DNA of 64,000 bases, taken from assembly GCA_002269645.1 (NCBI GenBank), contig NIVC01002574.1, positions 62,001 through 126,000 of the forward strand, read 5' to 3'. Made by a program: the position numbers and the translations under genes. Source of the DNA: Macrostomum lignano. Taxonomy: Eukaryota. Below, piece after piece: positions 10,152 through 23,710 of this stretch. The notes below the pieces were generated by a model that saw only the letters and a program-made list of their open reading frames with translations, did no database searches and was not told the DNA's origin. Within the stretch, counting starts at the first letter, position 1, and each line of letters begins with the position of its first letter.

Positions 10152-13100
10152 ATGGCATTTGAGCAACCAGCAACGGTTCCAAATGAATTCAACCAGCTTG
10201 ATTCAGGTAATTGAATATGTAGTCAGTTTATTCAGTTGATTCATAAAGTTCACTTTACTCTTATATATTGGGAAAAAAGGAATTTTTGTATGACAGTATT
10301 TTTTAGATTATACGATAAATTGTCGATAGTGAAAACAATAGGCCCATGGAAAAAAGTTTTTTTTATTTAGAATAATAATTAGAAATGATTGGTGCCACAA
10401 GAATTCAATTAATACATGACTGAATAATACTCAATTAATTACTCCCGAGTTCTGAACAGTAGTTGTAGTTGCTCACTTACATCATTTGTAAATTCGAGTG
10501 TTTTTACACAGATGTCTGTGTGTGTTACAAGTTAACGTTAAAAATATTTATCACGCTACATGCAATTATTGCTAAAGTTAATGTTTAACTAAAAGCCAAT
10601 AACTTTATTGAATGATCTATTGTAAATATAGCAATATAAGCTTCCATAATCTTTCTTTAGTATAGTATTTTAACGCATATCAGAACAAAGAAATAATATG
10701 ACATGTGCATTAATTTTTTTATTTTAGAAAGCAATAATTACACCTATTAAACATTGTTTTTTACAGTATTATTTGTTTCCATACGAATTTTATCAAAATT
10801 TTCAGTTTTTAAAAAATGTAAAAAATGTTTTTTATTTAATTTAGACTGGCTATGCTTAATTTATATTCTGATACAATAAGTAAGCAATATTTCAACTAAT
10901 ACAAGCATGTGACATGTCTGCTGTGTAATTGTTAGTGAACATTAGCATTAAAATTAGCATCATAAAAAGCATATCTAGTAGATAGATACATTTTTTGTGA
11001 ATTTTGGATTTAGTTCACAAAAAAAATTTATTAATTCTAAATTTCTATGAGTTGAATTCATATAAGAGGCTTGTTAAATTCCCTTCAACAACGCCCCACA
11101 GGCAACAGCGACGAGGAGGCCAACGAGGAGGGCGTGGTTGGCAACGTTAGCAAATTCTGCGTCACGCCCCCCAGCTACACGGGCAAGCCGAAGAAGGGCC
11201 ACCTGGTGTTCGACGCCTGCTTCGAGGGCGGCAACCTGGGCCGGGTGGACTTCATCAGCGAGTTCGAGTACGACTTGTTCATCCGGCCGGACACTTGCAA
11301 CCAGCGCTACCGGGTCTGGTTCCACTTCTCCGTGGAGAATGTCAAAGCCGACCAGGTTGGTGCTTGGCTATACACCAACATCACTACTTTATGTTGATTC
11401 ATTCAGATATTGAGTCTGGAGAACATGTCAGTTAATACCGGTTACTGCCATTTATACCATAGCTACAGGAATAAATATGCTAATGATGTATAGCAATGTA
11501 AAATGATACTATTTTGTAATTTTTGTTTTAATTTAGTAGATTGGATATCTGTTTCAGAGACTCGTAGCCAGAATTTTACCAGGCACCAGGGGCTTTAGCA
11601 CCAGCGGCTTTAGCACCAGCGGCTTTAGCACCAGCGGCTTTAGCACCAGCGGCTTTAGCACCAGCGGCTTTAGCACCAGCGGCTTTAGCACCAGCGGCTT
11701 TAGCACCAGCGGCTTTAGCACCAGGGGCATTAGCACCAGGGGCATTAGCACCAGGGGCATTAGCACCAAGGGCTTTAGCACCAGGGGGAATTAGCACCAG
11801 GGGCTTTAGCACCAAGGCCATTAGCACCAGGGGCTTTAGCACCAGGGGGCTTTAGCACCAAGGGCATTAGCACCAGGGGGAATTAGCACCAGGGGCTTTA
11901 GCACCAGGGGCTTTAGCACCAGGGGCTTTAGCACCAGGGGGCTTTAGCACCAAGGGCTTTAACACCAGGGGGAATTAGCACCAGCGGCTTTAGCACCAGG
12001 GGCATTAGCACCAAGGGCTTTAGCACCAAGGGCTTTAGCACCAGGGGGAATTAGCACCAGGGGCTTTAGCACCAGGGGGCTTTAGCACCAAGGGCATTAG
12101 CACCAGGGGCTTTAGCACCAGGGGGCTTTAGCACCAGGGGCTTTAGCACCAGGGGCTTTAGCACCAGGGGGCTTTAGCACCAAGGGCTTTAGCACCAGGG
12201 GGAATTAGCACCAGGGGCTTTAGCACCAGGGGGCTTTAGCACCAAGGGCTTTAACACCAGGGGGAATTAGCACCAGGGGCTTTAGCACCAGGGGGCTTTA
12301 GCACCAAGGGCTTTAGCACCAGGGGGAATTAGCACCAGGGGCTTTAGCACCAGGGCTTTAGCACCAAAGGCATTAGCACCAGGGGGAATTAGCACCAGGG
12401 GCTTTAGCACCAGGGGCATTAGCACCAAGGGCTTTAGCACCAGGGGGAATTAGCACCAGGGGCTTTAGCACCAGGGGGCTTTAGCACCAAGGGCATTAGC
12501 ACCAGCGGCTTTAGCACCAGGGGAATTAGCACCAGGGGCTTTAGCACCAGGGGGCTTTAGCACCAAGGGCTTTAACACCAGGGGGAATTAGCACCAGGGG
12601 CTTTAGCACCAGGGGCTTTAGCACCAAAGGGCTTTAGCACCAGGGGGAATTAGCACCAGGGGCTTTAGCACCAGGGGCTTTAGCACCAGGGGGCTTTAGC
12701 ACCAAGGGCTTTAGCACCAGGGGGAATTAGCACCAGGGGCTTTAGCACCAGGGGGCTTTAGCACCAAGGGCATTAGCACCAGGGGCTTTAGCACCAGGGG
12801 GCTTTAGCACCAAAGGGCTTTAGCACCAGGGAGAATTAGCACCAGGGGCTTTAGCACCAAGGGCTTTAGCACCAGGGGGAATTAGCACCAGGGGCTTTAG
12901 CACCAGGGGCTTTAGCACCAAGGGCTTTAACACCAGGGGGAATTAGCACCAGGGGCTTTAGCACCAGGGGGCTTTAGCACCAAGGGCTTTAGCACCAGGG
13001 GGAATTAGCACCAGGGGCTTTAGCACCAGGGGCTTTAGCACCAAAGGCATTAGCACCAGGGGCGCCTGCACTATTATAAATGACTTATAAATTTTTCAAC

Positions 13101-16100
13101 AAATCAATAATTAAACTTGTCTATTGTTAATTTCAGCGAGTGATCTTCACCATAGTGAACTTCAGCAAGACCAAGTCTCTCTATAGAGAAGGCATGACGC
13201 CCGTTGTTAAATCCACCAGCCGGCCAAAATGGTGCGCTCCATCAACTTTGTTGTTTTTTATTTTTTAATACAATCGATAATTTAAGGACTTTGATTACTT
13301 TATAATTGACCGATTCTTCCTATTCTACTGTTAGTAAAGATGAAAGTAGGCGACTAGTAACTTTTTATTTTTTTGTCATTAACCACCCCCTCAACCCCAG
13401 GGTCCGGCTGCCCCCTAAGCACGTGTACTATTACCGCTGCCCGGAGCACCGCAAGAACTACGTGCTCAGCTTTGCGTTCTGCTTCGACAAAGAGGATGAC
13501 GTCTACCAGTTTGCCTACTGCTACCCGTACACCTACACCCGGCTGCAGGCCTACCTGGACAGCCTGGAGCGCAAGGGCCTGGACTATGTGCAGCGCGACC
13601 TACTCGGCCTCAGCGTGCAGCAGCGGCGGCTCGACCTGCTGACCGTCAGCCACCCGGACAACCTCACCGATGAGGCACAGAAGCGAGTGGTCTTCATCAC
13701 CGCCAGGGTTCACCCGGGCGAGACCCCGGCCTCCTTCGTGTGCCAGGGCCTCATCGACTTTCTGGTCAGCTCGCATCCCATTGCAAAGCAGCTGCGCGAC
13801 TACCTGGTGTTCAAAATTATCCCCATGCTGAACCCTGACGGCGTCTACCTGGGCAACTACCGGTAAATTAAAGACTGCAGCTGCCCGGTCCCTTCCACAG
13901 TCCCTTCCCCGGTTCCTTCCCCGGTTTCTTCCCAGAATTTTTGTCCGGTCTCTTCCCCGGTTCCTTCCCCGGTTCCTTCCCCGATCACTTCCCCGGTTCC
14001 TTCCCCGATCACTTCCCCGGTTCCTTCCCCGGTTCCTTCCCCGATCACTTCCCCGGTTCCTTCCCCGGTTCCTTCCTCGGTTCCTTCCCCGGTCCCTTCC
14101 CCGGTCCCTTCCCCGGTCCCTTCCCCGTTTCCCTTCCCCGGTTCCTTCCCCGGTCCCTTACCCGGTCACTTCCCTGGTCCCTTCGCCGGTCCCCTCCGCC
14201 GTTCTTTCCCAGAATCTTTGCCCGGTCTCTTCCCAGGTTCCTTCCCCGGTTCCTTCCCTGATTCCTTCCCAGAATCTTTGCCTAGTTTCTTCTCAGGTTC
14301 TTTCTCTGGTTTTTCCCCCTGTCCTTCCCGGGTTCTTTCCCCGGTTCTTTCTTCGGTTCTTTCCCCTGTCCTTTCTCCGGTTCTTTCCCCTGTCCTTTCT
14401 CCGGTTCTTTCCCCTGTCCTTTCTCCGGTTCTTTCCCCTGTCCTTTCTCCGGTTCTTTCCCCTGTCCTTTCTCCGGTTCTTTCCCCTGTCCTTTCTCCGG
14501 TTCTTTTCCCTGTCCTTTCTCCGGTTCTTTCCCCTGTCCTTTCTCCGGTTCTTTTCCTGTCCCTTTCCGGGTTCTTTCCCCTGTCTCTTCCCAGGTTCCT
14601 TCCTCGGTTTTTTCTCCGGTTTCTTCGTTGCTCTTTCCCCGGCTCTCCGGTTCTTAAACCAGTTCACTCTCCGAATCATCCAGCTCATTTTCTTGTTTCC
14701 CTGGTTTTCACCAGTTTTAGCCCGGGTTCTTTCCTTCCTTAGCAGCTCCTTGCCCTGACCATTAGACGCTCTAAAATCTCTAAAAAGAGCAAGTCTCACA
14801 GCGTAAACATTGAAGACTCTCACCTCTCACCCGCAGCTGCTCTCTGATGGGTTTCGATCTGAACCGGCACTGGCAGGAGCCCTCGCCCTGGGCTCATCCC
14901 ACTATCTATGCCTGCAAGAAGGCCATGATCGATATGTACAACTCCAAGGTACGAGTGCTTCTGTGCGTGCGGCCTCGCCTTTTGAAAGAGTTTTAGTCGT
15001 GAAATTTTAACCTGCCAAATATTCTTAGGACCACGATATCGACTTTTTCTGCGACCTGCACGCGCACAGCACCCTGATGAACGGCTTCATGTACGGCAAC
15101 ACTTTTGACGATCCCGACAAGCAGGAGAGGCAGAACGTCTTTCCCAAGCTGTTCCAGCAGAATGCCGAGGATTTTAGTTTGACTAACACCAACTTTAATC
15201 GAGACGCTGTGAAGGCCGGAACTGGGCGAAGGTTGGTTCTACTTGAGTGTGATCGTACCTTGGATGCTATCGTACTTGGTGCTATCGCACTTCTGCACTT
15301 CAGTGCTATTGTAATTGGGTGCTTGCGTACCTGGGTGCTTGCATACTTGGTTGCTTGCGAACTTGAGTGCTGTGCGTACTTGATTGTGATCGTACTTGGG
15401 TGCTATCGTACTTGAGTGTGATCGTACTTTGGTGTGATCGTACTTGGGTGCTACCTTACTTCGGTGCTATTGTACTTGGGTGTGTTCGTACTTAAGTGCT
15501 TGCTTACTTGGGTGTGATCGTACTTGGATGTGATCGTACTATGGTACCAGCGTACTTAAGTACCAGCATACAATTAAATATACAAACAAAGTACTTAACG
15601 CAATTTAGTACTGACTTATTTGGGTGCTAGCTTACTTACAATATAGCAATTGTAGTTCGTAGCATACTTGCGAGCAGCGTACTTAATGCACTTAAGTGCT
15701 AGCGTATTTTCGTAATTGAGTGTTAGCGTACTGCAAGAACTTGTAACGCCCTAAGTTCACCTTAATACTGCAATTACTGCGGAATCTTTATCTGGTTTTA
15801 TTCTACGAGTATATTCATATTAAAATTGCCTCTAAACCTCAAAAACCGAACAGAGCCCTTGTTGGCATATTTGACGACTCCGTGCTGTGCTACACTCTGG
15901 AGGTGTCGTTCTTCAGCTACATGGCCAACAGTTCCGGTGGCACACTGCCCTACACCGAGGAGGGATGTGAGTGTGCTCGATGTAATCTGGCTTGTTTGTG
16001 TGTGTCAATCTAGTGAACTGCCACATAGGGTAAATTTTCAGCCTCGGTTGGTAGCTATAGTTGAGAATTTAGGCAAGCGTACCTGAACCAAAGTATTGTT

Positions 16101-18262
16101 AAAGTGCAAGCGTACCCTGAACCAAAGTACTGTTAAAGTGCCAGCGTACCTGAACCAAAGTACTGTTAAAGTGCAAGTGTACATGAACCAAAATACTGTT
16201 AAAGTTCAAGGGTACCTGAACCAAAATACTGTTAAAGTTCAAGGGTACCTGAACCAAAGTACTGTTAAAGTACAACCGTACCTGAACCAAAGTACTATTT
16301 AAGTTCGAGCGTACCTAAACTGAAGCCCATATTTAAGTGCACTCGAACCCAAACGCTTTGCAGACGCCAAACTCGGCCGAAACTTGGCGCGCACATTCCT
16401 GGACTATTATAAAGTTCAAAGCGTCATTCCTTCGATGCCAGTAGCAGGTGCTACTGGAAAGTCAAAAGGCGGTGGCAGCGGTGGCGCCAGCGGAGGAGGC
16501 GCGGGCGGCAAGGACAGCAGCTCGCGGTGAGGCTGACCCAGAGCTTTGCTAATTACATGCACGCGACTGATTGGATTCGGAAAGAGAATGATGAAAATTT
16601 TAACAAAAGTAAAATATTTTTGTTGATTTCTTCCAGTCTGCAGCTGCGCCCCTGCTCTCGTTACTCGACCAGAAATCGCTGGATCAATGTAAACCTCTGT
16701 TCCACTTGCAATGGCCGGGGTAACCCCCTTACAGCACCCGACACTGGTCTCTATTGTGCATGCTCTGCATGGAGTCCACTTCTTCTAGTCTTTCTCGGTG
16801 CTCTTGTCCCTCCCTGCCTCCATTTATGTCCATGGGAGAGATATTCCCGAGTAGTTAAAGTGCCTAATCCAATTAAATTATTGCATTACTTCTTATCTTT
16901 CGGCATGCTTAGTCTATTTGATTAGTTCAATAATGTTTGGCTCTGCATTGTCAAGAGGGAAATTACTGCCTGCATCACAACATAATCATCGTCTTTTAAA
17001 GCCAGTTAAAATACGTTTTTTTGGCATGTTTAACTGAGCAAATGTTTACTGTTTATTATTATTAAGTTTACACCTGTTTATTAGGGCGGCCACCTTGGAA
17101 AAATGAGTGTCTGGCAACAAGAATTTCACTGCTGCTTGCGAGTTGCCTGAGATACGGGCAGACACACAGGCAGACACACAGGCAGACACACACATGGGCA
17201 GGCAGACAGGCAGACACACAGGCAGACAGGCAGACACACGGGCAGACACACAGGCAGACACACACACGGGCAGGCAGACAGGCAGACACACAGGCAGACA
17301 CACGGGCAGACACACGGGCAGACACACAGGCAGACACAAGGCAGACACACTCACAGGCAGATACACGGGCAGACACACAGGCAGACACACGGGCAGACAC
17401 ACAGGCAGACACACAGGCAGACACACGGGCAGACACACAGGCAGACACATAGGCAGACACACAGGCAGACACACACACGGGCAGGCAGACAGGCAGACAC
17501 ACAGGCAGACACACGGGCAGACACACGGGCAGACACACAGGCAGACACAAGGCAGACACACACACAGGCAGATACACGGGCAGACACACAGGCAGACACA
17601 AGGCAGACACACACACAGGCAGATACATGGGCAGACACACAGGCAGACACACAGAGGCAGACACACGGGCAGACACACAGGCAGACAGGCAGACACACGG
17701 GCAGACACACAGGCAGACACACAGGCAGACACACAGGCAGACACACGGGCAGACACACAGGCAGACAGGTGACACAGGCAGACACACAGGCAGACACACA
17801 GGCAGACAGGCAGACAGACAGGCAGACACACGGACAGACACACAGGCAGACACACAGGCAGACAGGCAGACACACGGGCAGACACACAGGCAGACAGGCA
17901 GACACACGGGCAGACACACAGGCAGACACACACACGGGCAGGCAGACAGGCAGACACACAGGCAGACACACGGGCAGACACACGGGCAGACACACAGGCA
18001 GACAGGCAGACACACGGGCAGACACACAGGCAGACACACAGGCAGACACACAGGCAGACACACGGGCAGACACACAGGCAGACAGGCAGACACACGGGCA
18101 GACACACAGGCAGACACACAGGCAGACACACAGGCAGACACAGGCAGACACACAGGCAGACAGGCAGACACAATCCGCACCACTCCGCACTGCAGATACT
18201 TGATGGGAGAGGCGAGCAGTAGCGCCGGCAGGTTCGGCAGCGGTGGTGGCCGAGCGAAGTGA
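10152..18262 (+). CDS. AGBL4: Cytosolic carboxypeptidase 6 (tubulin deglutamylase, M14 family), ~507 aa; exons 10152-10206, 11102-11355, 13137-13231, 13401-13862, 14837-14948, 15029-15231, 15854-15966, 16364-16526, 18196-18262
   Basis: Strong similarity to CCP6 (FDACFEGGNLG, RVWFHF, VNFSKTKSLYREGM, FAYCYPYTY, RVHPGE zinc motif, NPDGVYLGNYRCSLMGFDLNRHW, DLHAHS, YTLEVSF). All eight introns are GT-AG and phase-consistent. The first and last exons are less certain. Confidence 0.95.
11583..13046. repeat. 15-17-bp minisatellite (TTAGCACCAGGGGCT) in AGBL4 intron 2
   Basis: About 1.46 kb of tandem units seen directly. Confidence 0.97.
13885..14640. repeat. 12-bp pyrimidine-rich minisatellites (TTCCCCGGTTCC / TTTCTCCGGTTC) in AGBL4 intron 4
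   Basis: Seen directly. Confidence 0.95.
15245..15545. repeat. Degenerate GATCGTACTTGGGTGCT-like repeat in AGBL4 intron 6
   Basis: Recurrent CGTACTT/GGGTG motifs with irregular spacing. Confidence 0.7.
16078..16318. repeat. 30-bp minisatellite (GTACCTGAACCAAAGTACTGTTAAAGTGCA) in AGBL4 intron 7
   Basis: About 8 units seen directly. Confidence 0.92.
17157..18171. repeat. 8-12-bp minisatellite (GGCAGACACACA/GGCAGACA) in AGBL4 intron 8
   Basis: Seen directly; source of the CLPV/GRHT ORFs. Confidence 0.97.
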
Positions 18263-18341
18263 GCAGCCAGTCTTGGAGCGCGGTGACTCAAAATCTGATC
18301 AAAACCTGAGCACTGCGGCCGCCCCTTTCAACTCGCTCGCG

Positions 18342-18347
18342 AATAAA
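18342..18347 (+). terminator. Candidate polyadenylation signal of AGBL4
   Basis: AATAAA about 80 nt after the stop at 18262. Confidence 0.45.
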
Positions 18348-19509
18348 ACTTGTATCATATTTTTGGTTCTGCTAGTTTTCAGCTCCTGTTTCCCCTAGCA
18401 ACCCTGTAAGACTTTTTTTGTCACAGATCCACAGCCTTCAGCATAGGATAAAGAGTGAGACTTGCTCAGCCTATCAAAGAGTAACTGCGTGTCCTGTACA
18501 TAGAGCTCACCATAATATTAGTTTTTTCCTTTGTTTTCAAGTGCAACAGTCTAAAGTTCGGCAAGACTTAGCTATTTTTACTGTTTATTACTTTGCTAAC
18601 AAGATTTTGAATAATTGTCACAAAATTTTACATCACAGCAGAATAAATTTGATACACTGACCGATAAAGATTTTGTCGGGATTTTTTAAAAGCAGCAGCA
18701 GCTGAAAGTAAAGTTTAATTATTTTTTTCATCACCCATCTTAGTTAGCTTTAGGCATTAGGGATTAGGACAAATGATAGGCAGTGAACAAAAAGGCAGAA
18801 CATTATCCGTGCTGTATTACTAATGGCAGCATAGCAAGTATTTTTGTGGTTTGTTTTTTATGCGTATATTATTTTTGATTGACTTCTTCAAGACAGGTTA
18901 TGAAAAATTTATTTATGATTTTTAGAGCCCGATACACCTATGCAGATCCGATAAAAATTTTTCAATGTTTTCCTACTCTTTTATTAAAATTAAGGAAAAT
19001 ACGATTGGACAAGCTTCTTGCGATGTTAGCTGCACCCTCTTTTTGTAGTTCAAGGATGGTAAGCAATTCTTTTTTTAGTAATCAGCAGGCTGCAATACAT
19101 GAGTAGTGGGGCGGTGTATGTTGCATAGGTAAAGCAGAGGGGTTAAGACTGCTATTTTTCAAAGCCCTCTTTTTCATTGATTTATCTGGCCTTTTTAATA
19201 GAGACGGTAAGGTTTGAATTGCCAGGCGGAACACAATTATATAGCAACGGTTTTTAATCGACTAATTCTTGCCCAATGAGAAATGCTTGCATCTCTCAAT
19301 GCTTGAATCATTTCTAATCAAATTATTTATGAATTTAATAATGTCACGTGGTAAGTTCTAATTGTATACGAGAGTGCACCGGTGCTATTTTTTCTTATAT
19401 TTATTGGTCCCCTGTCCAATCACAGGCTGCAGCAAAGCTGCGTGTATTTATTCCCCACTTGGGCCTGGCCATAGACTACAGAAACGTTTTTATTTGGAGT
19501 TTTATTGCT

Positions 19510-19998
19510 CCAGGCCAAATAAATGCGTTTCTGTAGTCTATGGCTAGGCCAAATAAAAACATTTCTGTAGTCTATGGCTAGGCCAAATAAAAAAATTTCT
19601 GTAGTCTATGGCCAGGCCAAATAAAAACATTTCTGTAGTCTATGGCCAGGCCAAATAAAAACATTTCTGTAGTCTATGGTCAAGCCAAATAAAAACATTT
19701 CTGTAGTCTATGGCCAGGCCAAATAAAAACATTTTTGTAGTCTATGGTCAAGCCAAATAAAAACATTTCTGTAGTCTATGGCCAGGCCAAATAAAAACAT
19801 TTCTGTAGTCTATGGCCAGGCCAAATAAAAACATTTCTGTAGTCTATGGTCAAGCCAAATAAAAACATTTCTGTAGTCTATGGCCAGGCCAAATAAATAC
19901 ATTTCTGTAGGCTATGGCCAAGCCAAATACATTTGTAAATACGTTTCTTTAGTCTATGGCCAGGCCAAATAAGTACGTTTCTGTAGTCTATGGCCAGA
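19510..19998. repeat. 35-bp minisatellite (GGCCAGGCCAAATAAAAACATTTCTGTAGTCTAT-like)
   Basis: About 13 units seen directly, intergenic. Confidence 0.95.
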
Positions 19999-20404
19999 CC
20001 CAAGTGAGGAATAAATATATTTCTCCCCGCTGGCTTCACATACAACCGCTACCACAATATTCGCGGCCATAATCAATTAAACAAGCGGAAAAATGACTTA
20101 TACCTATAATCTGTCACTTCAAGCCTTTTTTTGATGCGCACAAATTTTATTATTCACTTCTGCTTCACATTATTTTGCGAATTATGCGTCACTTGTTACT
20201 AACACAAACAAACTCACAATATTCCAGCCTACGCGGCTACAGAGAGCTCACTTCACCTGCTGAAAGTGCCAGCGTATTTTCTGCTAATTTACAGCCCCTT
20301 TTAGAGTGATTAGAAAACCCTAAGTTTGGAGTAATTTGGAGTGACAAGTTAGATTTTAGATTGACAAAACTAGCAAGTGAAAGTGCCAAGCTATTCGATA
20401 AGAG

Positions 20405-20748
20405 TGACAAGTTGTTACGTTAGAGTGACAAGTTATTGAATTAGAGGGACAACATATTGAATTAGAGTGGCAAGTTGTTGAATTAGAGTGACAAGTTATT
20501 GAATTAGAGTGACAAGTGATTGAATTAGAGTGGCAAGTTGTTGAATTAGAGTGAAAAGTTATTGAATTAGAGTGACAAGTGATTGAATTAGAGTGACAAG
20601 TTATTGAATTAGAGTGACAAGTGATTGAATTAGAGTGACAAGTTATTGAATTAGAGTGACAAGTGATTGAATTAGAGTGACAAGTTATTGAATTAGAGTG
20701 GCAAGTGATTGAATTAGAGTGACAAGATATTGAATTAGAGTGACAAGT
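20405..20748. repeat. 21-bp minisatellite (TTATTGAATTAGAGTGACAAG) ending ~22 nt before the CCDC89 ATG
   Basis: About 16 units seen directly. Confidence 0.95.
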
Positions 20749-20770
20749 GAGTGCTTTCGGAGTGCCGAGA

Positions 20771-23083
20771 ATGTCACGCCAGCAGCAGCAGCAGCCGCCA
20801 CAGCTGGACGTGGCCGACCTGGCCGGCCTGGCTTCGCACGCGCCGCTGGACTCCACAGGGCAGCCGGACGCCGAGCTGCAGCAGCAGCTGGGCCGCCTGC
20901 GCCACCTCGAGCCGGAGGACAAGTCCGAGCTCGGCCTGCTGCGCTCCCGGGTCGAGGACCAGTCGCACCTCATAATGATGCTGAAGCAGCGCTCTGACGA
21001 GAATCTGATGCGGGCGCAGACGCAGGAACGACTCAACAAACAGCTGGAGGAGGCGCGCGCTGAGGCTGAGCAGCGGCTGGAGCGGGAGCTGCAGCGGTTC
21101 CGCGTGCTCGAGGAGCAGTTCGAGACGCTCAGCTCCAACCATGAGCAGCTGATTCAGTTCAACAATGAGCACAAGCAGCAGAAGGAGTGGCTGCAGAAGG
21201 TTGGTGTCCGAGGCCACTGTACACCCCGTGTGATTCAATTCTTTGGCAACTTAACCCCAGAAAGTTCAATTTTTCTAATCGCGCTGAAGCTCATCGAGGT
21301 TCATCTTGACGGTCTTGAATACTGAGTGTGTGTGGATAGGAAATCTCAATTTTGTAGTGCAAATAATTGTTTTCTCTACATATCGGGCATCGGTTGGCTC
21401 CACTGGGATTCAGGAACTTCAAAGGAATCTGCTGCATGTTAGAATTTGTTATAATCCTCAAAATTTTCCGGGATTTTTCTCAAACGCGCAAAATTAAACG
21501 CATATTTTAATCAGTAAGACATACACTACTGCAGCTCATCAGTAGGCAGTAGCGAATATTTATGCTCGGATTTTAATTTAAAAAATCCTAACTGGCCCAC
21601 CGACTCAAGGAGAACACAAAACTGCGCGACCACTTCGAGACGCTGGTGGCCGCCCGACTGCGGGAGCGCGACGCTGAGACCAGCAGGCTGACTGAGCGAC
21701 TGGCCACGGCCGAGCGGCAGCTGCAGGAGAGCCGCCAGGAGGCCGGCCAGACCGCTGACCGGCTGAATGCCCGCCTGGCAGAGCTGTCCGCCCGGGCGGA
21801 GCGGCTGGAGGCGGACGCGGCCGCTGCGAAGGCGGCGGTCAGGGAGCGGGACGCCCAGCTGGCCGAGCTGCGGGCGGCGGCGGCCGCGGAGGGCGAGTCC
21901 GGGCGGACCAAACTGGCTGAGCTGACCAAGTGAGCCAGGACTCCCTGCTGTCAGACACCATAGGCACACGCCAGACACCATAGGCACACGCCAGACACCA
22001 TAGGCACACGCCAGACACCATAGGCACACGCCAGACACCATAGGCACACGCCAGACACCATAGGCACACGCCAGACACCATAGGCACACGCCAGAAACCA
22101 TAGGCACACGCCAGACAACATAGGTACACGCCAGACACCAGAGGCACACACACACTAGACACCATAGGCACACGCTAGACAACATAGGTACACGCCAGAC
22201 ACCCCAAACCCACTCGGCAGACACCCCAAACCCACACGGCAGACACCCCAAACCCACACGGCAGACACCCCAAACCCACACGGCAGACACCCCAAACACA
22301 CACGGCAGACACCCCAAACCCACACGGCAGACACCCCAAACACACACGGCAGACACCCCAAACACACACGGCAGACACCCCAAACCCACACGGCAGACAC
22401 CCCAAACCCACACGGCAGACACCACCCCAAACACACACGGCAGACACCCCAAACCCACACGGCAGACATCCCAAACCCACACGGCAGACACCCCAAACCC
22501 ACACGGCAGACACCCCAAACCCACACGGCAGACACCCCAAACCCACACGGCAGACACCCCAAACCCACACGGCAGACACCCCAAACCCACACGGCAGACA
22601 CCCCAAACACACACGGCAGACACCCCAAACCCACACGGCAGACATCCCAAACACACACGCCAGACACCCCAAACACACACGGCAGACACCCCAAACCCAC
22701 ACGGCAGACACCCAAAACCCACACGGCAGACACCCAAAACCCACACGGCAGACACCTCCCCCCGCAGAGAGAAGGACTCCCTGCTGACCCTGTCGATGGA
22801 GCGCGGCCGCCTCTGCGAGGAGAAGCAGCGGGAGCTCAAAGCTGCCCGAGAGCGGCAGGAGGTGGCGGAGCGCCGTCTCCGCGAACTGCAAGACCGCTAC
22901 AGCCGGGACACCGAGGCGGTGAGCTCCGACGCGGCCGTGAAGAAGCTTCGAGCCGACTTGGAGTTTCATCGGCGCGCTCTGGCCGACCTTCGCCAGGAAT
23001 TCTCCGCCTACAAAGTGCACGCTGGCAGTGCGCTCAAGCAGGAGAAGGAGATCAACGCCCGTCTGCGTAGCAACATCGCCTGA
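20771..23083 (+). CDS. CCDC89: Coiled-coil domain-containing protein 89, ~354 aa; exons 20771-21199, 21610-21929, 22768-23083
   Basis: Matches CCDC89 signature segments (EDKSELGLLRSRVEDQSHLIMMLKQRSDE, FETLSSNHEQLIQF, EKDSLLTLSMERGR, FSAYKVHAGSALKQEKEINARLR). Introns 21200-21609 (phase 0) and 21930-22767 (phase 2) are GT-AG. Confidence 0.85.
21952..22755. repeat. Compound minisatellite (20-bp CAGACACCATAGGCACACGC then 22-bp GGCAGACACCCCAAACCCACAC) filling CCDC89 intron 2
   Basis: Seen directly. Confidence 0.96.
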
Positions 23084-23704
23084 GAGTTCCGGTTGCTAAG
23101 GACTCTGCCAACCATTAGAGCACTAAACCATTGCTGCAGCATCTCCAGCGACTACTGTTTGAGATTAAAAACTTTCATTTTTGGCATAGAGAAAGAAATG
23201 GGGGGATTGATGTGAGGATTAAGGTGCTAGCATGCCGACAATCTCGGACAGACATGGCAACGGTAAGCAGTGTTCCAATTTCTTATCGCCTTGTCAAACA
23301 AGCAGGCAGATTTCCAGCTTGAATTACAAGAACTTTTATCTGTATAAAGCACCTGGACTGGACGCGCCGCTCATTAGTTTTTTTAGCCTCGCAAAGATGT
23401 TATTTGCCTGACGATGTTAGACATCCCTGCGGCAGACAGGGAAAGGCAGACTATGCCTATAGAAATTGTGTAAACATTTTATGGCTTTTTCACATTTACT
23501 TTCAATGATTAAAGCGTTAGCCGTACCGTTTTTTTGTTTTAATTTTGTTACATCTTTTGTTTTACTGTCTACAGTCTGTGATCTGGTTTAAACTGTTTTA
23601 AGCATGCCGTTTTGCATTCTATTCAGTGAGTCTGTTCTCATCAATAATTGATCGAATTCTCCAATGTGGCTCTGCAGTTCTGGCTTTGAGCTCTAGAAGT
23701 ATTG

Positions 23705-23710
23705 AATAAA
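23705..23710 (+). terminator. Candidate polyadenylation signal of CCDC89
   Basis: AATAAA about 620 nt after the stop. Confidence 0.35.

Noticed and set aside
16524-16532. In-frame stop codons overlapping splice donors (AGBL4 CG|GTGAG, CCDC89 AA|GTGAG, six-Cys gene TT|GTAAG, MAP1 CG|GTGAG) as a regulatory device
   Set aside because: Any phase-2 intron starting GTRA places TGA/TAA in frame, so this is a generic consequence of the donor consensus. It only leaves the last exons of AGBL4 and the six-Cys gene slightly uncertain.
16637-16690. Possible extra AGBL4 exon (TTCCAG or CTGCAG acceptor ... CAAT|GTAAAC)
   Set aside because: Two competing acceptors give different frames, there is no recognisable homology, and the gene model closes in phase without it.
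17046-18291. Long ORFs such as (CLPV)n/(GRHT)n and the similar repetitive ORFs at 21526-23020, 25354-26481, 32311-33450, 34944-35486, 37145-37886, 46437-47459 and 57028-57856
   Set aside because: They are translations of stop-free minisatellites, open in several frames and strands, and lie inside introns defined by phase-consistent conserved exons.
18950-19260. Possible pogo/Tigger DDE transposase remnant (PPH..THVLQPAD on the minus strand)
   Set aside because: Only one short motif, which needs a frameshift; no TIRs or further motifs could be supported.
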